A DNA stretch of 43,659 bases from Octopus bimaculoides (Eukaryota): contig NC_068998.1 in assembly GCF_001194135.2 (NCBI RefSeq), positions 5,841,102 through 5,884,760 of the forward strand, read 5' to 3'. The notes under the pieces are model-generated. The model had not been told where the DNA came from. It made no database searches and was given only the letters and a program-made list of their open reading frames with translations. Below, piece by piece: positions 22,340-32,804 of this stretch. Both the position numbers and the translations under genes were made by a program. Position 1 is the first letter of the stretch. Every line of letters begins with the position of its first letter.

Positions 22340-22960
22340 ATGGAATGCTGTCAAAGTCATGAAAGTGGTATCGACGGTGGTGATGGGCACTGGTTGTAAT
22401 GGTAGCGGTGGGGGGATGATATTCATAGTCTTGATAATGGTAAACGCAGTGATGGTAGCGGTGATGATGATGATGATATGGTGTTGTCAATGGTGGTGAG
22501 ATCTTTATGTTGGTGATGATGATGGTGATAGTGACACTGTTTACGTTGGTGGTGGTGGTAGGTGAATGTTGCTATTTGTGATGGTGATGATTGATATTGA
22601 CGTTGGTGATGGTAGTGGTGGGAATATTGATGGTGATGATGACAATGAAGCTGATGTGCTCTGGGGGTACATACACTATAATCAGGAGAAGTTGGTGATC
22701 CTGCAACCTGGCATCTGGATCCATCATCATCGTCATCATCATTATAAAGGCAGTGAGCTGGCAGAATCATTAGCACATTGGGCAAAATGCTTAGTAGCAT
22801 TTCATTCATCCTTATCTTCCGAGTTCAAATTCTGCCGAGGTCGACTTTGCCCTTCATCCTTCCAGGGTCAATAAAACAAGTGCCAGCGAAACACTGGGGT
22901 CAATGTAATCGACTAGTCCCCTCCCCCAAAATTTCAGACCTTATGCTTATAGTAGAAAGG

Positions 22961-22992
<32 letters not shown>

Positions 22993-23045
22993 AATCATTA
23001 TTATTATTATTATTATCATTATTATTGTTATTATTATTATCCTCA
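22340..23045. repeat. Cryptic (GAT/GGT)n and (ATC)n(ATT)n trinucleotide repeats
   Basis: Directly visible. Further (ATC)n at 23645-23720 and (AAT)n at 25168-25225 and 25450-25530. Confidence 0.9.
22747..22962 (+). mobile_element. tRNA-derived SINE family E, full copy
   Basis: Head AAGGCAGTGAGCTGGCAGAATCATTAG, B-box-like GAGTTCAAATTC, core GAGGTCGACTTTGCC-TTCATCCTT--GGGTC-ATAAAA, and an (ATC/ATT)n tail. Other copies at about 17815-18215, 19350-19540, 24225-24480, 25200-25650, 34700-34810, 35770-35900 and 37760-37960. Confidence 0.8.
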
Positions 23046-23668
23046 GCACTATCTTATAATAGACCTCTCTGAGTATAAAATTTATGGCTTTTATCAATGT
23101 AACAAACCATTTATTTGTTTATTTTGTGATTTTCATTTCCTGGTTTCCAAACCACCAACCAAGTCCAGCAGTGGTTTATTCGTTTATTTTATTTATTTTT
23201 ATATTTTGTAATTTGTCCTCATAATACACCATTCTGTAATAAAAGAACTCATCATCATCATCATCACAATTACCATTAAATTTAATTATAGTTGTTTGCT
23301 ATATTTGGTAAAACTATTCCATAGTACTTATTGTGTGTGTATGTGTGTATGTGTAGATATGTGAGTGAGAGTGTGTGTATGTGTGTATTTATATCTGTGT
23401 CCATACATTAATGTATGCAGTGTGTGTGTGTGTGTGTGTGTGTGTTTCCACTCTACACTTCCAAATGTCTCCTGCTTACAGTCTTGAAACAAGACAGAGT
23501 TTCTGCTGCTCTCAAACAACCCAAATGGATTTCGGTTATATATACCTGTCAGGTAGAAACAGGGTACTCAGAGATTCTGTCCCATGTCATGAAGGGTCAA
23601 ACAAACTTCCAACATTCAAAGTAAGTATAATATAATTTTAAGAAATCATCATCATCATCATCAACATC

Positions 23669-23718
<50 letters not shown>

Positions 23719-23779
23719 TTGTTCCGTCATTCTTCCCTTCTGTTCTTGTGATACTTTTCAGACTTATTTTGGATATTTC

Positions 23780-24180
23780 TGGTTGCCGATTGTAGCTATA
23801 CTTCATTGCATACAGTATAGTTTTTTCAACTCCAGTATCGCAGTCCTACTGGTGTCTTCTGCATTTAAAAATAGAACCCCTGCCTCCTTCCCTTCTTGGT
23901 AAGTAAATATTACTTTTAGGGTGATACACACAGTGTGCATTGTGAGCAAATTTCTAGTTTTTTTCATCTAATTCCTGCAGCCCTGTCTTTGTCCCTTTTA
24001 GAATAGGAGCAGAGCATCTCAACTTTGGCATGGCCCACATACTGATTGTCTTAGTAACATTCCATTGATTTAATTTTGTTTCTAAGCACCTTCCTAATCC
24101 TTCACTTGTACTCTTTGGAGACATTCTCTTTCATTCCTCCTTCCATAACCTTATTCACGTGCAACATTCTTAGGCACTTG
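23780..24180 (-). mobile_element. Decayed non-LTR retrotransposon fragment (R4/Dong-like, region C-terminal to RT)
   Basis: Across a stop and frameshifts the minus strand reads MKENVSKEYK*RIRKVL / ETKLNQWNVTKTISMWAMPKLRCSAPILKGTKTGLQELDEK / TRNLLTMH / HPKSNIYLPRREGGRG. This fits the KEY-RR-RK-L--KL...IN-WA-P--RYS...ELD--TR...HPKSD--RLYLPR--GGRG pattern. Confidence 0.7.
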
Positions 24181-24878
24181 TTTCCTTCATTATTATCATT
24201 ATTATTATTATTTTTATTACTAAGGCAGCAATCTGCCAGAACCGTTAGCAAAGGACAAAATGCTGAGTGGTATATTGCCTGTGTTTACGTTCAAAGTTCA
24301 AATTCTACCGAAGTCAGCTTTACCTTTCATCCTTTTGGGGATCGATAAAATAAGCGCCAGTTGAACTCTGGGGTCAATATAATTGATTCATGCCCTCCCC
24401 ACCAAAATTGCTGCCCTTGTAGCAAAATTTGAAACCATTATTATTATTATCATTATTATCATCATCATTATTATTATTATTATTATTATTGCCAGTGCCC
24501 CTGGACTGGCTTGTGCGGGTGGCACATAAAAGACNNNNNNNNNNNNNNNNNNNNNNNNNNNNNNNNNNNNNNNNNNNNNNNNNNNNNNNNNNNNNNNNNN
24601 NNNNNNNNNNNNNNNNNNNNNNNNNNNNNNNNNNNNNNNNNNNNNNNNNNNNNNNNNNNNNNNNNNNNNNNNNNNNNNNNNNNNNNNNNNNNNNNNNNNN
24701 NNNNNNNNNNNNNNNNNNNNNNNNNNNNNNNNNNNNNNNNNNNNTATATATATATATATATATATATATATGGAGAGAGAGAGAGAGATTCATTGATTGA
24801 TCGATAGATAATAACGGTATACAAAATAATAAATTTTAACTGAAACCAATGTAATTGTTCTATTTCTAGGCTTTCAAC

Positions 24879-25139
24879 ATGGCAACTGGGTGTTCAGAAC
24901 CTTTTATTAAAGGTCCATGCTGTATAAATGATAAATGGAATGACAGACCAGTAATTCCTCATGCTCAAAGGAAATGTCACTATTGGAGAAGTTGCAGCAT
25001 GACTGGGGGATCACACCACGCCCAGCACAATTTCAGATGTGAACCTAAACCAAAATATTGGACACAAAAAGATGGAGTGAAATTCAAACCAAAGTTGATA
25101 TGGATTCCGCATTTGAAACGTTGGATCCCACATCACAAG
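24879..25139 (+). CDS. Exon-like ORF, 87 codons, Cys/His/Trp-rich, unknown protein
   Basis: Acceptor ttctatttctag| at 24869, aacATGG start, complex non-repetitive peptide (MATGCSEPFIKGPCC...WIPHLKRWIPHHK), phase-0 donor AAG|gtgaga. Family not recognised. Confidence 0.55.
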
Positions 25140-25163
25140 GTGAGAACTCGAGAAAAAAAAATA

Positions 25164-25204
<41 letters not shown>

Positions 25205-25448
25205 TAATAATGATAATAATAATGGTTTCAGATTTTGCCTCAAGGGCAGCAATTTGGAGGGGTGGGTGGGGATTGAGTCAATCACATCGACGCCAGTGTT
25301 CAACTGGTACTTATTTTATTGACCCCGAAAGGATGAAAGGCAAAATTGACCTAGGTGGTATTTGAACTCAGAACGTAGTGATGGGTGAAATACCACTAGG
25401 CATTTCGTCCAGTGAAATGCTTAGCGGTATTTTGCCCAGCTCACTGCC

Positions 25449-25509
<61 letters not shown>

Positions 25510-26302
25510 TGATGATGATGATAATAATAGTTGTTACAAATTTTGGCACAAGGCCAGCAAGTTAGGGGGAGGGGGTAATTTGATTACATTGACCCCCCCA
25601 TTGTTCAACTGGTCCTTATTTTATTGACTCCAAAAGAATGAAAGGAGTAGGTGCAAGTGTGGCTGTGTGGTAAGAAGTTTGCTTCCCAACCATATGGTTC
25701 CAGGTTCAGTCCCACTGAAGAGCACCTTGGGCAACTGTCCTGGGTCAGCAAAAGCCTTGTGAGTGGATTTGGAAAATGCCAACATAGAAAATGGACATTA
25801 AATGATGAGGATGATGATTATTTTTATTATTAAGAAGTTGATGAAATAAGTACCACTTGTGCCTAAAGAAGAAAGAATTATTATTATTATTATCATTATT
25901 ATTATTATTGTTATAGGTTTTTGCTATTATTAAAAAAGATTCATATTTATGGGTATGAATCTCATCAGGGAAATACTTGCAGTCTATTCTAGAATTTAAC
26001 AATCCTCACATGTAATTTTGTCTAATTTTGTCAAATATTTCCCTGATGAGATTTATTACCCATAAATATGAACAGACCGAATCACAATGGGTCGAAACGG
26101 TCAGAGTGATTAAAAAAGAATCTCATGAATTCCATTTTCTTTCTCCCATGTGTTACACACACACACACACACACACGCATGTATATATGTATGTGTACAA
26201 AGCCAAGTATTGTGCATATGTGTGTAAGAACATAATGTACTGATGAAGTGGGGTACATTTAAATAAAAGGTAGCAATTAATATTGTATACATTTTTCAAA
26301 AG

Positions 26303-26333
<31 letters not shown>

Positions 26334-27084
26334 CATAAACACACTCATGGATATACACTGGCTCACACATACACTCAGAGAATTGTTCTGTATCTTCTAA
26401 TCTCACCTCACCTTGTGGTCTGAGTTCATTTTCATTCATTTTCTCTAGAGTGTTGTCAAACAGGATTACTGATTGCCAAACTATTAAGTCACCTACTCAA
26501 AATTCAAAACAGTCATATTTACAAAAAAAGAAAAATAAATAAAATCAAAAAAGAAAAGAAAAAGCAAAACTTGCTTTGCAGATAATATTTAGAAATCTTT
26601 CTAATCTTTTGACTAATCCTGCTTTTCACAATGTCAGTTTTTCATTTGAGATTTTACCATTCTCATATCTCACTGCCTTGGTGATAGTCAATGAGAACCT
26701 ACTTTGAAAGAAAATATCTACCGACCTCTTCAGAGAAATATTTCTCCTGCCTTGTCTACTGAGAGAAATGTACTTAATTCCATTGTTTCTTGTGATAACA
26801 AGGAAATTCTAGTACTTTTGTCTCCACCATTAATATTGCTTTCAATTGTCTGCAGATAGGGCCAATTTACTTTTTACTTAGCGTGTATTCACTGGCGTCA
26901 CCGAAATGACACTTTTCAATCAGTTTTTAATTCTGAAATCTTACATATCAGATTATTTCTAAAAATCAAAATAAGGAGAAATAACGTAGTTAGATGAATC
27001 ATCAAGCAAATATTTTGGATTTGGGCATTGTTAGCCAACCTACTTATAGCTTATTTATTTATTTTTTTTCTGCTTACTTTCAAG

Positions 27085-27336
27085 AAGAGAGATTTTCAAA
27101 ATAATATTTTAGTATAAATGAATTCTCCCAGCATTCAGAGAAAGTGGCATTTCCAGCCAGGATTGCAAAGATTAAACAAGACAGTTTGTTCTACGGAATA
27201 CACTCCCCTCAGTCTTGTTGCAGTTATGGGAACCAAAATGAAGACTACTAAAGACCTGCACTCTTATATTTCAACTCCTAACCCAAAACAAACAAAGAAA
27301 TTACTCCATGTTGAAAATCACCATAGTTCGTCACAG
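27085..27336 (+). CDS. Exon-like segment containing a TAA-ATG junction and a 73-codon ORF
   Basis: Acceptor ttttctgcttactttcaag| at 27084, ATG at 27118 directly after an in-frame TAA, phase-0 donor CAG|gttagt at 27336. Confidence 0.4.
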
Positions 27337-27712
27337 GTTAGTGATGGCTCTATCTTTTGATTTTCCCAGCCATTTATTTTTCTTTGTCTTGTAGCAGCTT
27401 TTGTCTTTCTTCCAGTTGGCAGCACTCTAAATTGTCTTTGTAGTATTTCTGTATTGCTGAGGCGGAAAAAAATTTTAATTTTAACTTTTGCCTGTTAAAA
27501 GAATTTTCTTGAGTTTGCCTTAACTCTTTATCATTTAAACTAGCCATTGCTGGCCCAAAAATGTTTTGGGCCAGATATGGTAGTTTAAATAATTTTATGT
27601 TCAAACTGGCTAGATCTGGCTTCTCACACATACTCTACAATGTCATTCAAATCCTAAACGATCACATCATTGAAAATGTTTTACCTGTCTTTATGTTCAA
27701 ACTGGCTTTATA

Positions 27713-28116
27713 GGCATAGGAGTGGCTGTGTGGTAAGTAGCTTACTTACCAACCACATGGTTCTGGGTTCGGCCCCACTGCATAGCACCTTGAGCAAGTG
27801 TTTTTTACTATAGCCTTGGGCCGACCAGAGCCTTGTGAGTGGATTTGCTAGACGGAAACTGAAAAAACATGTTGTGTATATATAATATATATATGTATGT
27901 ATATATGTATGTGCTTGTGTGTCTGCGTTTGTTCCCCCAACATCGCTTGACAACCGATATTGGTGTGTTTACGTCCCCGAAAATTAGCGGTTTGGCAAAA
28001 GAGACCGATAGGATAAGTACTAGGCTTACAAAGAATAAGTCCTAGGGTCGATTTGTTTGAATAAAGGTGGTGCTCCAGCATGGCCACAGTCAAATGACTG
28101 AAACAAATAAAAGAAT
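27713..28116 (+). mobile_element. SINE family A, full length
   Basis: Same head, body and tail as the 3170 copy. Partial copies at about 9130-9250, 25650-25780, 29060-29285, 33370-33545 and 38871-39020. Confidence 0.85.
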
Positions 28117-28567
28117 GGAAATCTAANNNNNNNNNNNNNNNNNNNNNNNNNNNNNNNNNNNNNNNNNNNNNNNNNNNNNNNNNNNNNNNNNNNNNNNNNN
28201 NNNNNNNNNNNNNNNNNNNNNNNNNNNNNNNNNNNNNNNNNNNNNNNNNNNNNNNNNNNNNNNNNNNNNNNNNNNNNNNNNNNNNNNNNNNNNNNNNNNN
28301 NNNNNNNNNNNNNNNNNNNNNNNNNNNNNNNNNNNNNNNNNNNNNNNNNNNNNNNNNNNNNNNNNNNNNNNNNNNNNNNNNNNNNNNNNNNNNNNNNNNN
28401 NNNNNNNNNNNNNNNNNNNNNNNNNNNNNNNNNNNNNNNNNNNNNNNNNNNNNNNNNNNNNNNNNNNNNNNNNNNNNNNNNNNNNNNNNNNTATATATAT
28501 ATATATATATATCCCTCTCTCTCTCTTTCGGAGAGAGGCACAAGCACATACACAGACATATATATAT

Positions 28568-28606
<39 letters not shown>

Positions 28607-29869
28607 CATTATTTTATCAATATGCTGTGCATGGGAAGACTCGTCATGCCAAGGGAAATCAGTCGTGGCTGATGCTGGTGTCATGTAAATGGCATGCATG
28701 CTAGTTGTGCATAAAAGCATTTGTGCTGGAGGTGCATAAAAACCACCCATTACACTCTTGGAGTGATTGGCATTAGGAAGGGCATCCAGATGTAGAAACT
28801 ATGCCAAATCAGACTGGAACCTAGCTCTCTGCTTTACCAGTTTCAATTAAATCGTCTAACCCATGCCAGCATGAAAAGCGAACATCAAATGGCGACAATG
28901 GTGATTTTTTTTTTTATCAATGATACTTGAACAAAGCAAAATTAAGGTGTAAAATGTTTTTCAAGGTGATCAAGCATTGATATAAATTTTGTAAAGCCTT
29001 AAATTACATTTTTAAATATTCACAATACCCCAAGACCACTGCAGTCAGGTGAGGTTTGTGTGTCTGTATGTCTGTGGTTGTGTGTCTGTGGTTGTTCTCC
29101 CATCATTGCTTGATAACTGATGTTGGTGTGTTTATGTCCCTGTAACTTAGCAGTTCGGCAAAGAGATTGATAGAATAAATACCAAGCTTACAAAGAATAA
29201 GTCCCGGGGTTGATTTGTTCAACTAAAAGGTTGGGCTCCAGCATGGCCACAGTCAAATGGCTGAAACAAGTAAAAGAATTAAAAGAACATAAGCTCTTAC
29301 ACACAAACATGCGTGCACACACACACACACATACAAACACACACACACATACACATGCATGCACGTTGAGAGGAGAAATTGTTAACCAGATATCCATGAC
29401 TGCCAATTAATGGACTACACTTGATTGGGGTGGTCAGGGTGACAAATCTAAATTTATTTCCTCCTGTCAATTTTCTTAGAAATGGTAAATTCCAAACAAG
29501 GGTATTTGTAAATGAATTCTAAGTCCAACCAATAAATCAATAATTTAGTGTAATATTTTGTTCTTATTGTTGTTGTTGTCAGTGTTTATGGTACCCTCTA
29601 AGCAGCTCACAAGATAGCATTTAAACAATCAACAAGTACATAATACATAGTTGGAGGGCATAATACCAAACAGATTGGTTTAGCCGACCTCACAGGGTGA
29701 TAATAAATCAGTCGGTAACCCAGAAAAGTGTGAGTTGGCTTGCTGTGGGGGATAATCTCACGCTCATCCACACATATCCACACACACACTTATATATATA
29801 CATACATACTTAAATGTTTCTATAGATACATACACATGTGTATATGTGTGTGTGTGTGTGTGTGTATAC

Positions 29870-30390
29870 CTTGTTTCAGTCACCAGACAGTGGCCATGCT
29901 AGGGCACCACCTTGAAGAAATACAGTTGCACCAATCAACCCCAATTCTTATTGTATTCTGTAAAGCCTTGTACTTATTGTATCGGTCTCTTTTGTTACGG
30001 TGATGTGAACACACCAGCATCAGTTGTCAACCAGTGGAGGCGGGGGCAAACATATACACAAAGACACACACATACAATGAGCTTCTTTCAGTTTCCTTCT
30101 ACCAAATCTACTTGCAAGGCTTTGGTCAGCTCAAGACTATAAGATGGAAACTGAAAGAAGCCTGTCATGCATGCATAGATATATGTGTGTGGTGTGTTTC
30201 TGTGTTTGTCCCCCACTACCACTTGACAACTGGTGTTGGTGCATTTATGTCCCCTTAACTTAGAAGTCCAGCAAAAGTGCCAGGTTTTAAAAAAATAAAT
30301 ACTGGTGGTCAATTCAGTCAACTAAAACTTTATCAAGGAGTTGCCCCAGCATGGTCACAGTCTAATGACTGAAACAAGTAAAGGATAAAA
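29870..30390. mobile_element. Two SINE family A partial copies in inverted, head-to-head orientation
   Basis: Minus copy about 29870-30122 abuts plus copy about 30145-30390. Confidence 0.75.
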
Positions 30391-30461
30391 GAAGTTGTAA
30401 ATTCTAAATCTTTTCCTGATGAAGACTGCATCACTCAGCAAAGTTGAATGATTAACGACTT

Positions 30462-31331
30462 ATGAGTAAAAGGTCATCAAACTCTGAAGACAATATGAAA
30501 ATGAAGCACCTCCTGTAAGTCCTAAGTCCACCTTTACAAATATGCAATTTTGTTTCCATGCTAAAAATATTTCTTTTTTTTTCATTCATTTCACAGCCAA
30601 AAGATGTTGATTTTTTCCAGTTTGTTGTTGTTCCACCAAAAGTTACCAAAATAATTTCCCTTGGTTCCTCAACGACAGTAAGTTTTACATTCAATGTTCT
30701 GTTTTTTTAAATTCCCTCACTTTCTTGTTTGTCTTTATCTTTCCTTTCTCTCTCAGTTTGCTTCATCTGCATTTAATCCATCTTTCTCACTCTGTCTCTC
30801 TATCTTCTGCTTTGCCAGCAACGTATTCAGTTTAAATGTAAATGCACATTGTGTGTGTGTATGTATATTGCAACTTTGTATAGGCCTCTGAGCAGGTATC
30901 GCCATGACAACTTTCTCTGTCATGGGCAATGCAGTGATCACACGCTACACACCTTCCTTCCAAGCACTGCCGTAAACAGCGGAAGTGAGCTAGAATATTA
31001 AAACTTAGTGCACATGTACAGCAGGGTTCAAGGTCAATCTGTGCTGAGCAGCTTCACTCTGCGTGCTGTAGCTTTGTTACTATGGCAACAGCCCAGATAC
31101 TTATTGATCAGACCTCGTACTAACACATATATGCATGCTCACACACACACACACGTTTCTTTCATTCAATTAGTTAAATGTTTCCCAGAAATTCAATTTC
31201 ATCACATTTTCTTCGTCTCCCCTTTTTCCTTCTCCTCGTTTAAGTTGGCTTGTCAGAACGGCTGCCATGGTCATCCAGTCTGCGAGAGATACGAGTCTCA
31301 CCTTTCCAACCAATTGCGAAGGTGCCAGTCG
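30462..31331 (+). CDS. Provisional 5' coding exons of the EF-hand gene (30462-30514, 30884-30984, 31245-31331)
   Basis: ATG 30462 MSKRSSNSEDNMKMKHL-CT|gtaagt (phase 2), then tatag|G ... GGA A|gtgagc (2 to 1), then ctcctcgtttaag|TT ... GTC G|gtgagt (1 to 1). These join exon 32805 in frame, giving 1881 nt = 626 aa + stop. Alternatives exist and gaps could hide exons. Confidence 0.5.
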
Positions 31332-32804
31332 GTGAGTAACAGTATTCTTCCCCCTTTGCCATACACTGTCTCTTGTCCCATACAATTGATTGACAGATGT
31401 CAGATTTAGGATCAGGTAATAGGGGCCACACAGGTTCAAGTTATAGAGTTATAATGTGACTTTGTGTGTGTGCGTGTGGCTTTGTATGTGTGTGTGCGTG
31501 CATGTGGCTTTGTGTGTATGTGCGTGTGGCTTTGTATGTGTGTATGCATGTGGCTTTGTGTGTGTGTGTGTGTGTGTGTGTGGCTTTATGTGTGTGTGTG
31601 TAGCTTTATGTGTGTGTGTGTGTGTGTNNNNNNNNNNNNNNNNNNNNNNNNNNNNNNNNNNNNNNNNNNNNNNNNNNNNNNNNNNNNNNNNNNNNNNNNN
31701 NNNNNNNNNNNNNNNNNNNNNNNNNNNNNNNNNNNNNNNNNNNNNNNNNNNNNNNNNNNNNNNNNNNNNNNNNNNNNNNNNNNNNNNNNNNNNNNNNNNN
31801 NNNNNNNNNNNNNNNNNNNNNNNNNNNNNNNNNNNNNNNNNNNNNNNNNNNNNNNNNNNNNNNNNNNNNNNNNNNNNNNNNNNNNNNNNNNNNNNNNNNN
31901 NNNNNNNNNNNNNNNNNNNNNNNNNNNNNNNNNNNNNNNNNNNNNNNNNNNNNNNNNNNNNNNNNNNNNNNNNNNNNNNNNNNNNNNNNNNNNNNNNNNN
32001 NNNNNNNNNNNNNNNNNNNNNNNNNNNNNNNNNNNNNNNNNNNNNNNNNNNNNNNNNNNNNNNNNNNNNNNNNNNNNNNNNNNNNNNNNNNNNNNNNNNN
32101 NNNNNNNNNNNNNNNNNNNNNNNNNNNNNNNNNNNNNNNNNNNNNNNNNNNNNNNNNNNNNNNNNNNNNNNNNNNNNNNNNNNNNNNNNNNNNNNNNNNN
32201 NNNGTTGCTATTGCTATTTAGTCCCTGCTTATATAATACCAGAGTATTATCCCCTGCTGTGGTGGCTTATAGTCAAATCCATGATTATCCCATCTTTTTT
32301 CATCCATCTTTACCAATTCATTGGTGGTGGGCCAATCGGTGGATATGTGCATATGTAATGATATTGCATATGTTTTTGTGTATGGATGGATTGATATGTG
32401 TATGTATGTGTGTATGTGTGTGTAAGTATGGATGGATGTGTATGTATGCAGTATAGATGTGTTTATGGATGAATGGATGTGTGTATGTGTGTATTGGTGT
32501 ATGGCTGCGAGTGTGTTTGTAATATGGAAAGATAATGTGTATGTTTGTGTGCATATGAATGGATGTATGCGGATGTCTGTATGTCCGTGTGTGTGTGTGT
32601 GTGTGTTTATTCAACTGAATCTGAATGTGTGTTTATCTTGAGAAACCCTTTTGTGTCAGATGAAAGAACTTCCTGAAATTTTTGAAATTTGGGCAACAAA
32701 ATTAATGCACAAACAAGAAAAAAAAACACAAAAAATCTTCTAATGATTTTGTATTTGTTTTGCATATTTTTTTTTGTTTTTACCTTTCTGTTTTCTCCTT
32801 TGAG

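Larger units (their letters stand above)
2890..32203. other. Ten assembly gaps (2890-3142, 3896-4045, 5063-5204, 6427-6843, 8100-8554, 9476-9733, 18930-19183, 24535-24744, 28127-28491, 31628-32203)
   Basis: N runs, most flanked by (TA)n, (GT)n or poly-G, as is typical of a short-read scaffold. Confidence 0.99.

Noticed and set aside
22257-22874. His-rich and Asp/Gly-rich ORFs
   Set aside because: Translations of (CAT/CAC)n and (GAT/GGT)n repeats.
2754-32456. Many long ORF-track entries containing X runs or YIYI/CVCV/HTHT/NNNN tracts
   Set aside because: Artefacts of N-gaps and microsatellites lacking stop codons.
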